DNA of 64,000 nucleotides. Origin: Oscillospiraceae bacterium. GTDB taxonomy: Bacteria > Bacillota > Clostridia > Oscillospirales > UBA929. How positions within the stretch are numbered: the stretch's first letter is position 1; each line of letters opens with the position of its first letter. The notes below the pieces were generated by a model. The model did not search any database, was not told the origin of the DNA, and saw nothing but the letters and a program-made list of their open reading frames with translations. A program made the position numbers and the translations under genes. This document shows positions 56,972 through 64,000 of this stretch, piece by piece. The stretch covers positions 18,292-82,291 of the forward strand of contig JAVBTN010000004.1 of NCBI GenBank assembly GCA_031556185.1. The letters are read 5' to 3'.

Positions 56972-57702
56972 CGAAACACATCCAAAATAGCATTGAGTCC
57001 ATTTGGTGTCCCCACGAGGAGAATGAGGGCGGCGATCATTAATACAATCCACACGCTGACAGAGGCCACAAACCCTGCGCGGCCAATGTTCTTCATCTGC
57101 GAGCTCGCTTGCCCCGAAAAGGCAATGCAGGCAAATACAATCCAGCCGACAACCGGCAAAAAGAGCAACAGGAAAAGACCAGTAAGGCGCGCCGTTGAGA
57201 GTTCCGGCGCGACCAATCCGGCTGCGTAGGGAGTCGTGGCGTTTGCCGTTGTGTGAGACACGGCCGGAGCGGCGTAAGATAGCGGACTATATGGCTGGGG
57301 CGCCTGGGGCGTGTTGTACCAGACGGCGTCTGTCGATTTTTTAGGCGGCTGCCAGACCTGCCGGTTTTGCGGGGATACAAACGACGGCGCGGAATACCCG
57401 ATCGGCGCCGTGGCCGGCGCCATGACAGGAGCAGGCGGCGCAAAAGACGGCGGCGTGAGCGGTGCGCCAAAAGGCACGCTGGCGTGAGCGGACATTGTTT
57501 CCTGTGCACGAGAAATCGGCGCGGCAGTCTCGTATGCGCAAGATTGAGAACGAAAGGTTTCCGGTTCCTGCTGCATGGGCGCGGCAGACGGACTGCCGAC
57601 GACCGGTTCGGAAATGCTGGGCGGCTGTGTTGTGAGCATGCCGCAGTGGGGGCAGTATTTGATGCCGTCGGCCATAACCTGGTGACAAATTGAACAAAGC
57701 AT
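56968..57702 (-). CDS. Zinc-ribbon domain membrane protein
   Basis: N-terminal CSICHQ ... CPHCG. Pro/Ala-rich linker. Two C-terminal TM segments. Confidence 0.65.
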   Translation of the reverse strand: MLCSICHQVMADGIKYCPHCGMLTTQPPSISEPVVGSPSAAPMQQEPETFRSQSCAYETAAPISRAQETMSAHASVPFGAPLTPPSFAPPAPVMAPATAPIGYSAPSFVSPQNRQVWQPPKKSTDAVWYNTPQAPQPYSPLSYAAPAVSHTTANATTPYAAGLVAPELSTARLTGLFLLLFLPVVGWIVFACIAFSGQASSQMKNIGRAGFVASVSVWIVLMIAALILLVGTPNGLNAILDVFR

Positions 57703-57966
57703 TTTGCCTTCACCTCATGCAAGTATACCCACATGGATTGGTACGCACTTTTTCTCAAAGATATTTTATAACAAAAGATATCCCTTGTACAGGCTTTTTC
57801 ATGAAAACGCTCAATATAACCAATTGGCATACGAGGAATGAAAAAAATGAAACGTGGGATACTAAAGGAAAACGATTTGTTTTTGTATTCCGTTAGCACC
57901 CGTCATTTTTCATGTTATAATGGCGTAGGAACATAATATATGCCATAATCCGAAAAATAATTTCGT

Positions 57967-57996
57967 TTGACAAATGACGTAAATTTGTTATAGAAT
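57967..57996 (+). promoter_or_regulatory. Putative promoter of the 58085 gene
   Basis: TTGACA (57967-57972), an 18-nt spacer, then TAGAAT (57991-57996), in a ~380-bp AT-rich spacer. Confidence 0.4.
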
Positions 57997-58084
57997 ATGT
58001 ACGATTATATAGGGTGAGAATATTCTTGTCCGGTTTGTGTCAAAACGCTGTTTGCACAGGTCGGAGCGGGAGGGGTTTTGAGAT

Positions 58085-59197
58085 ATGTCTGCGAAAAAAG
58101 ACAACAATAGAATGGTTGACATGCTTGAGCGTATGGGCATGATTAAAAAGACGGACGACGAAGGCTTGGAACTGGATCAGTCTTTGTTTGAGCCCAAAGT
58201 TGAAACTGTGCAGAGGGCCGCGCCGGTTGCCGCCGAGCGGGTCGTGCCGTCTTCGCCGACGGCGCCTGTCGTCCCCAAATCGTTTCTCGATGAGAGACCG
58301 CAAAAGTCGGCTGCAACCGCCGTGCCAGTACCTCCGACGCCATCGGACGCACCTGTTGCGCCGGTGACGCCGTCGCCTGCCCCTGTGGCCCGTACGGCGC
58401 CTGCTGCGCCTCCCGTCGCTCCGCCGACACCCGGGCCTGCCCCTGTGGCCGCGGCACCCAGACCGGCGCCCCCGGCTCTGCCCGTTGCCGAGCCTCCGGC
58501 CGCCAGACCGGCTGCCGTGTTTACGCCGCCTCCGGTATTCGCACCGGCCGCCTCTGTGGCCCCCCCCGCCGTGCAGGCCTCCCCTGTCATGCCTCCGTTT
58601 GTAGCGCCCGCGCCGACGCCGGTGCAGAATGTACCTTACATCAGTCCCGAAATGGAAAAGAGTATGTACTCGCACCTGTCGGTGTCCTCCACCTTTACGT
58701 TTGACAAAAAAGGCGGCGGCGCCACCGCCTCCTCACTCAGTGACAGCTTTTGGGACGACGTTGCGCCCCAGCAGGAGTCTGTCGACTTATTCTTGGAAAT
58801 CGAAGAGTTGTACAACCAATTCCACATGAAAACCAGCGGTGTCGATACGGTTTACCTCATTGAGGAGTATATCAAAACGCTGCCTGATTCTCTCCCGGCC
58901 GAGTTGCGCCGGTCGATTATCATGCGCATTGTCCAGGCCTCCGGCTTTGACTTTGACAAACTGCTTAGCGACGGTATCGACCGTGTCTCCAAGCTCAATG
59001 ACTATGCCGCTGTTTTCTCGTCCAAAACCGATGAAATCGTTTCTTCGCAAAACAACACCATTGCCGAACTGGAGCGCCAGATAGAGCTGGTTCGCGCCTC
59101 TATTAATGAGCGCAAAAATCTACATAAGAAGCAGTTTCTTGTTATCGAGAACGAGGCACAGCGCCTGAAAGAAATTCTTGATTTCATTACGAAATAG
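58085..59197 (+). CDS. Hypothetical protein: short N-terminal helix, ~135-aa Pro/Ala-rich linker and a C-terminal helical/coiled-coil domain
   Basis: RBS GGGAGGGG. No TM and no signal peptide. No family recognised. Confidence 0.55.
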   Translation: MSAKKDNNRMVDMLERMGMIKKTDDEGLELDQSLFEPKVETVQRAAPVAAERVVPSSPTAPVVPKSFLDERPQKSAATAVPVPPTPSDAPVAPVTPSPAPVARTAPAAPPVAPPTPGPAPVAAAPRPAPPALPVAEPPAARPAAVFTPPPVFAPAASVAPPAVQASPVMPPFVAPAPTPVQNVPYISPEMEKSMYSHLSVSSTFTFDKKGGGATASSLSDSFWDDVAPQQESVDLFLEIEELYNQFHMKTSGVDTVYLIEEYIKTLPDSLPAELRRSIIMRIVQASGFDFDKLLSDGIDRVSKLNDYAAVFSSKTDEIVSSQNNTIAELERQIELVRASINERKNLHKKQFLVIENEAQRLKEILDFITK

Positions 59198-59239
59198 TAC
59201 TTTGACAGATCAAATGCGGCAGTTAGGATTGGGTATGTA

Positions 59240-59857
59240 ATGAAAGGTTACACGTTTACACCGAAAGGCGCTTTAGCGTTGGCCCTCTTTGGTGTCGCTA
59301 CACTGATGATTGTCATCTCGGCGCTCACCTTCTGGTCTGCCAACATTGACGAGATGAATGATCTGTTACCGACGCCGTCCGCGCTGACAACGAGCGATTT
59401 GGTGCCGGGTTCCAGTACGTCGCCGGCCGAAGAAGCGACGCCTACACCCGCTCAGGGTGCGACAACCCAGCCGCCAGAGTCCCCTCGGGTGACAGCGGAG
59501 ACGGATGACGCGCCCCTCGAACCGGGAGAGCACAAGATGGTCAGTTTCTCTCTGTCCAAAGCGACGCTCTCTGCGAAGACGACGGAAACTTTGGCGGCCT
59601 TTGCCCAAAAAGCAATGCATTCTTCTGTGTGGGATGGTTCGATGTTGGTCATTGAAGGGCACGCCTGGCTCAGTGAGTCGGTCGACAATGACGCGGCGTT
59701 GCAGCTGGCCAAAAACAGAAGTCAAATTGTGTTGGAGTTTTTTGTTGAGCAAGGGATTTCGGAAGCCAATTTGTTGCCGGTGGAAAGCATCCTTACCGAG
59801 TCTTCACCCGGTGAGAAAGGCGCTGAGCTCTATTTCATCGAAAGAGACAGCAAGTGA
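59240..59857 (+). CDS. Single-pass membrane protein with a divergent OmpA/MotB-like peptidoglycan-binding domain
   Basis: N-terminal TM (ALALALFGVATLMIVISALTFW). Pro/Thr linker. C-terminal VIEGHAWLSESVDNDAALQLAKNRSQIVLEFFVEQGISEANLL resembles the OmpA_C core. Confidence 0.5.
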   Translation: MKGYTFTPKGALALALFGVATLMIVISALTFWSANIDEMNDLLPTPSALTTSDLVPGSSTSPAEEATPTPAQGATTQPPESPRVTAETDDAPLEPGEHKMVSFSLSKATLSAKTTETLAAFAQKAMHSSVWDGSMLVIEGHAWLSESVDNDAALQLAKNRSQIVLEFFVEQGISEANLLPVESILTESSPGEKGAELYFIERDSK

Positions 59858-59879
59858 GCTGCCAATATGGATTGTAAAT

Positions 59880-59909
59880 GCGGTCGGGCTTTGCTCGACC
59901 GTTTCATTT
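59880..59909 (+). terminator. Probable intrinsic terminator
   Basis: Stem cggtcggg / gctcgaccg followed by tttcattt. Confidence 0.5.
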
Positions 59910-59984
59910 GCCGCCGGATGATAGGACTTTACCATGAGGGGTTGGTCGTCCAGGGGGAAACACATCGAATAATGGAGTGAATCT

Positions 59985-60587
59985 ATGTCGACTCAGTCTA
60001 CTCGGCAACGGCCTGTCCGGCGACCGGCAGCGCGTGATCTGGCGCGCATTTTTTGGGTGATGTTTCGCATTGGGGCAGTCACATTTGGGGGCGGATATGC
60101 TATGATTCCCCAAATGTCGCGCGACTTTGTGGACAAGTACGGATGGGTTGCCAAACAGGACATTGTGGACTTGTTTGCGGTGGCGCAGTCGGCACCGGGT
60201 GTGATTGCCGTCAACGCGTCCATATTGGTGGGGTACCGCATTGCGGGCACAGTCGGCGCGCTTGTAGCCGCGCTGGGCGCCATTTTGCCGTCTGTTATCG
60301 TGCTCACGCTGGTTACGGTGGTCTACCATACGTTCATCACGAATCCGTACGTGCTGGGGGCTATGCGCGGCATCCGCGCGGCTGTCACGGGGCTGCTTAT
60401 GGCCACGGTCTTTAAGCTCAGACCCAACTCGGTCTCCGGCATTGTCGGCTGGATACTTTTTTTCATCGCCTTGGGTGTTGCGCTGTTTTTGCCCATGGTC
60501 AACGCCGCCTTTATCATACTGGGGGGCGGACTGATTGGCCTCCTCTTCCTCCGCGCCAAAAGCAGCCGGGAGGTGGCGCAGGGATGA
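59985..60587 (+). CDS. Chromate transporter family protein (first half-size subunit)
   Basis: Motif FGGGYAMIP. Multi-TM. Confidence 0.8.
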   Translation: MSTQSTRQRPVRRPAARDLARIFWVMFRIGAVTFGGGYAMIPQMSRDFVDKYGWVAKQDIVDLFAVAQSAPGVIAVNASILVGYRIAGTVGALVAALGAILPSVIVLTLVTVVYHTFITNPYVLGAMRGIRAAVTGLLMATVFKLRPNSVSGIVGWILFFIALGVALFLPMVNAAFIILGGGLIGLLFLRAKSSREVAQG

Positions 60588-61123
60588 TTCGACTGTTGCA
60601 GCTGTTCTGGCTGTGTTTTCGCGTGGGATTGTTCACATTTGGCGGTGGCGCCGCCATTGTGCCGCTTATCCAGCAAAACCTTGTTTCAGAAGGGTTTATG
60701 AGCATGGATGAATCGGTGGACATGATTGCTATTTCGCAGATGACGCCCGGCCCGTTTGCCGTCAACGCAGCCACGTTTGCCGGGACAAAACTGGCGGGTA
60801 TATTGGGCGCCTGTGTGGCAACACTGGGCATGGTGCTGCCGTCGGTGCTCATCACGCTGTGCATAGCGCGGTTCTTTTTTTCCTTCAATAAAAAACCCTC
60901 TGTGCAGGCCGCGTTGTCGGGCATCCGGCCGGTGGTGCTGGCGCTGATCGCCGCTTCCATTTGGTCAATTGCCCATAAAGCGCTGTTTGTCACAGGGTTT
61001 GCGCCCGATATCCCCGCCATGGTGATTGCCGTGTTGGTGTTTGGCCTGTTGTGGCGCACCAAAGTGAGTCCTGCGCTGCTGATGGTGGTCTGCGGCGCGT
61101 TTGGCGCCCTGTTCTTGCGGTGA
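60584..61123 (+). CDS. Chromate transporter family protein (second half-size subunit)
   Basis: ATGA overlap with the first subunit. Motif FGGGAAIVP. Multi-TM. Confidence 0.8.
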   Translation: MIRLLQLFWLCFRVGLFTFGGGAAIVPLIQQNLVSEGFMSMDESVDMIAISQMTPGPFAVNAATFAGTKLAGILGACVATLGMVLPSVLITLCIARFFFSFNKKPSVQAALSGIRPVVLALIAASIWSIAHKALFVTGFAPDIPAMVIAVLVFGLLWRTKVSPALLMVVCGAFGALFLR

Positions 61124-61127
61124 CGCC

Positions 61128-61922
61128 TCACTCAAACAGCGCCGGATTGGGCCCGGCTAGCACATCCCAGATGTCGGCGGCCTCGGGATAGAGCAAAAAC
61201 CCTTCCATCACACCCATGCTGGAGGACAGCTGCATCTTTTTCATAATGCTTTGCGCGTCGTCAAACAGCACGAAGTGGGTTTCGCCGGTGTCCGGCTGCT
61301 TGTATGTAAAATAGTGTGTGCACAGCTCTTGCGAGAAGAATACCTGCCGTTCATCCAGCAGCGCTTGGAGCTGCGCGCGATCGAGCCGCGCCCCCTGGCT
61401 CTGCGGGTCGGGCAGCGTGATATCACGGGCGATGCGCTCTATTTCTATGGCCAACCGGTGCCCATAGCGCTCTTGTGCCTGCGCAAGTCGCTGCCGCAGC
61501 GAACCGGACACCATGGCCGTCGGAATGATGACCCGGCTGTCCGGCGACAGATTGGCGTAGCGGGTATTGACAAACAGGGACATGCCGCGCTGCCGGAGCT
61601 GCGGCGCGCACTCGGTGACAAACTGCTCGAGGTGTTGGGCGTAGGCCTGCTCAAAATCAGCCACAATGCCTTCGAAGTTGCGCGCGGAGCATTCGCGCAA
61701 AACCTCGCGGCACAGCGAGGACACGTCGCCACGGCTACCGTCGTAGGTGTCGTCCGACAGCACCATAAGACCGCCGCGCATAGAGCTGCCGATGCTGCCG
61801 CGCTGCAGCGTGAGTCCATGGCCCACCCGATAGGCCAAATGGGCGATGCGTCCGTTCAGCAGGGAGGCCGCGCGCGTGTCTTGCGGCGTGGCCGTCAGGA
61901 TGAGGTCAAATTGAAATAACAT
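61128..61922 (-). CDS. Hypothetical protein, possibly a divergent GH18-like TIM barrel
   Basis: ATG 61922 follows GAAGGAA. FEGIVADFE resembles the GH18 D-x-E region of YaaH/YdhD-type proteins. The tail F.LFDD..S...K...S...G..G..L resembles GH18 C-termini. By eye only. Confidence 0.45.
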   Translation of the reverse strand: MLFQFDLILTATPQDTRAASLLNGRIAHLAYRVGHGLTLQRGSIGSSMRGGLMVLSDDTYDGSRGDVSSLCREVLRECSARNFEGIVADFEQAYAQHLEQFVTECAPQLRQRGMSLFVNTRYANLSPDSRVIIPTAMVSGSLRQRLAQAQERYGHRLAIEIERIARDITLPDPQSQGARLDRAQLQALLDERQVFFSQELCTHYFTYKQPDTGETHFVLFDDAQSIMKKMQLSSSMGVMEGFLLYPEAADIWDVLAGPNPALFE

Positions 61923-62023
61923 AGGCGTTCCTTCTCGGGCTGTTGCCAAGACAGCCCGTACCATGATATACTGCTATTACGAAACCTCTTGCAAAGTAAA
62001 TATATGGACAGGTGCGTTAAAAT

Positions 62024-62545
62024 ATGCGAAACAGCAGGTTCGGTGGAAATCTCGTGCCAGACAAAGTGTTTCAGGATATCCAGGAGATCACGCCGGAATT
62101 TTTGTGTGCGCATGGCATTCTCGGGTTGGCGGTGGACTTGGACAATACACTGGCCCGCTATGCACAGCGAGACCCGGACGATGATACTGTCGCCTGGGTA
62201 AAAGCCTTACAGGAGGCCGGTTTTTCTCTGGTCGTCCTGACCAACAATTCCGAGGCGCGGGGGGGCCGTTTTTGCAAGCCGCTCGGTGTGACGTGCGTTC
62301 ACAGAGCCGGAAAGCCCCGTTTGGGGGGCTTTCGCAGAGCCATCAAACTGCTCGGTTTGCGACCGGAACAGATTGCCCAGGTGGGCGATCAAGTGTACAC
62401 AGACGTGTGGGGCGCCAAACGCAGCGGGATGTTCTCCATTCTGGTGACGCCGCTGCATCTGGAGGGCCACTTTTTCTTTTCCCTGCGCCGTAAGCTGGAG
62501 AGCCCTTTTATACGCCGCGCGCTCGAGCGGGAGAAGTCAGTATGA
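62024..62545 (+). CDS. yqeG: YqeG family HAD-IIIA phosphatase
   Basis: Motifs VDLDNTLA (DxDxT), LTNNSE and GDQVYTDV. Confidence 0.75.
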   Translation: MRNSRFGGNLVPDKVFQDIQEITPEFLCAHGILGLAVDLDNTLARYAQRDPDDDTVAWVKALQEAGFSLVVLTNNSEARGGRFCKPLGVTCVHRAGKPRLGGFRRAIKLLGLRPEQIAQVGDQVYTDVWGAKRSGMFSILVTPLHLEGHFFFSLRRKLESPFIRRALEREKSV

Positions 62546-63399
62546 GTACGGCGCGGTTCGGCCCGGCAGGCAACAGCGAAAGTTTTTCGCGTCTGTACAA
62601 GTCGACGGCGCAGGCGCCTCCCTGGTTGGAAAGCCTGGGGCTCAATGCCTTTGAGTATCAGTGCGGTCGCGGTGTCAATCTCGGTGACGAGACGGCGCGC
62701 ACGCTCGGCGAAGTCTTTTCGGCATATGATATTGCGCTGTCGCTGCACAGCCCCTATTACATCAATCTGGCGGCGGAGGACGAAGAACGGCGTGGCAAAA
62801 ACCTGGGCTATCTGATGCAGAGCGTGCGGGCCGCCTCGCTCATGGGGGCGACGCGCATTGTGGTGCACACCGGCGCGGCGGGTGGCGGCCTGGATCGCGC
62901 GCACGCCCTGAAAACGGCCTTATCCATGTTGCGTCTTGCGCTTTCTAAGATGGAGGAAAGCGGTTTTGGGCACATTACGCTGTGTCCGGAAACCATGGGA
63001 AAAGTCAACCAGTTGGGCACGTTTTCCGAGGTGATGGCGTTGTGCGCCGCGGACGAAAGATTGCTGCCCTGTGTGGATTTCGGGCATGTGTATGCCCGAA
63101 GCCACGGTCTGGTGGACGGACATGAGGCCTTTGCCGCGTTGCTCGACGAAATGGAGCGTGAACTCGGGTTTGACCGCGTGCGATCCTTTCACATCCATTT
63201 TTCACGAATTGCCTATTCTCCGGGGGGCGAGGTGCGCCACCTGACATTGGCCGACCCGTCGTTTGGCCCGGACTTTCGTCCGCTGGCCGGACTGCTTCGA
63301 AGCAAAGGGTACACGCCGAGAGTCATTTGCGAATCGGCCGGCACCCAGGCCGAGGACGCCCAAACGCTCAGGGATATGTTCTTTTCCGCCATACACTAG
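62542..63399 (+). CDS. Xylose-isomerase-like TIM barrel protein (endonuclease IV-related)
   Basis: ATGA overlap with yqeG. N-terminal FGPAGNSESF. Motifs HSPYYINL, VVHTG, CPETMG and HIHFS suggest metal ligands. Confidence 0.6.
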   Translation: MSTARFGPAGNSESFSRLYKSTAQAPPWLESLGLNAFEYQCGRGVNLGDETARTLGEVFSAYDIALSLHSPYYINLAAEDEERRGKNLGYLMQSVRAASLMGATRIVVHTGAAGGGLDRAHALKTALSMLRLALSKMEESGFGHITLCPETMGKVNQLGTFSEVMALCAADERLLPCVDFGHVYARSHGLVDGHEAFAALLDEMERELGFDRVRSFHIHFSRIAYSPGGEVRHLTLADPSFGPDFRPLAGLLRSKGYTPRVICESAGTQAEDAQTLRDMFFSAIH

Positions 63400-63420
63400 T
63401 TTTGAGAGGATGGATTGTTT

Positions 63421-64000
63421 TTGAATCATTTGCCTTCATTGCAGGTATTGCTCACTGAAAACGGGTGGGACGCGCTGCTGCTCACCTCCGAGGTGTGCCG
63501 ACGCTATGCAACCGGATTTCACTCTTCGGCCGGCATGGTGGTCATACTGAAGGACGTCGGCCACTATTTCACCGATTTTCGATACATTGACGCCGCGCGC
63601 GCGCAGGTGACGGATTTCACCGTCACGTTGGTGGGCCGCGAACGCAACTACAAGGAGTTGGTGGGAAAACTGCTGGCCGAACGCAACGTCAAAACACTCG
63701 GCTTTGAGCAAAATGAGATGACCGTCAGCCAGTATGAGCTGCTGCGCCAAGCGTGGCCCAACGCCGCGTTTGTGCCCGCCGGTGACGCCATCGATGCGTT
63801 GCGCCGCGTGAAGACGGAAGCGGAAATACAGTGCATGGAAAAAGCGCAACGCATTGCGGAACAGGCGTTTACGGCGTTGCTGCCGCTCATTGAAGTGGGC
63901 ATGACCGAACGCCAGGTGAGTGCGCAGCTGATTTACCAGATGCTGCGCGCGGGCGCCGACAACACCTCGTTTGACCCCATCGTTGTGGCAGGCCCCAATT
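63421..64000 (+). CDS. Xaa-Pro aminopeptidase/dipeptidase (M24B), N-terminal part truncated by the window end
   Basis: TTG 63421 lies 8 nt after GAGAGGATGG. The hand translation MNHLPSLQVLLTENGWDALLLTS ... RRVKTEAEIQCMEKAQRIAE ... FDPIVVAGPN is typical of a creatinase/prolidase N-domain plus the start of the pita-bread fold. Confidence 0.8.
   Translation, partial: MNHLPSLQVLLTENGWDALLLTSEVCRRYATGFHSSAGMVVILKDVGHYFTDFRYIDAARAQVTDFTVTLVGRERNYKELVGKLLAERNVKTLGFEQNEMTVSQYELLRQAWPNAAFVPAGDAIDALRRVKTEAEIQCMEKAQRIAEQAFTALLPLIEVGMTERQVSAQLIYQMLRAGADNTSFDPIVVAGPN

Noticed and set aside
58040-58675. A 211-aa Arg/Gly-rich ORF on the minus strand, plus the ORF at 58177..58590 (-).
   Set aside because: Both are antisense artefacts of the Pro/Ala-rich coding tract of the 58085 gene. 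They have no RBS and extreme composition.
1-64000. Mobile elements, prophage, toxin-antitoxin pairs, restriction-modification systems or known anti-phage defence systems.
   Set aside because: No transposase, integrase, recombinase, phage structural gene, methyltransferase/endonuclease or defence-type ATPase/nuclease gene was recognised. AddAB is the housekeeping recombination nuclease.

Overview
This 64-kb window is a densely coding chromosomal segment from a high-GC, endospore-forming Firmicutes genome of the Clostridia type. Supporting genes are spoIIR, addB/addA, comEC-holA, alaS, efp, nadABC and mltG. GGAGG-type ribosome-binding sites and many ATGA stop/start overlaps are present. I call about 57 protein genes. 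I recognised no rRNA or tRNA gene, no CRISPR array, and no transposase, integrase or phage gene. All functional calls rest on by-eye motif recognition, because no searches could be run. Left end (1-7.7 kb): a YesM/YesN-type two-component pair, a CUT1 ABC importer and a GH78 alpha-L-rhamnosidase. 7.7-30.7 kb: mostly housekeeping (ispE, spoIIR, addBA, a tagA-like gene, DJ-1, MTHFS, mltG, alaS, HIT, comEC, holA). 30.8-36.3 kb: a self-contained two-gene unit that looks accessory. It runs from a perfect consensus promoter to a strong terminator. It encodes a 1520-aa secreted protein with 3 PPC domains, 13 Listeria-Bacteroides repeats and a C-terminal metzincin-like domain whose catalytic Glu is replaced by Met. 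A tightly coupled small membrane-anchored partner follows. 36.3-45.5 kb: GH38 mannosidase plus a URO-D-family gene, aquaporin, nadABC, a zinc-ribbon protein and efp. 45.5-49.5 kb: a poorly explained ~600-bp stretch, a cytoplasmic histidine-kinase-like protein lacking the phospho-acceptor His, and an overlapping radical-SAM/DUF4130 'DNA modification/repair' gene pair. 49.7-64 kb: DUF4349, a PadR/membrane/DUF4097 cassette, galE-galK-GT4-zinc-ribbon, a Pro/Ala-rich protein with an OmpA-like partner, split chrA, yqeG, an Endo-IV-like TIM barrel and a truncated M24 peptidase. The best candidates for something undescribed are the giant pseudo-protease protein with its partner, the radical-SAM/DUF4130 pair, the His-less kinase, the unassigned 45.5-46.2 kb region and a 27-aa Cys-rich hydrophobic micro-ORF.
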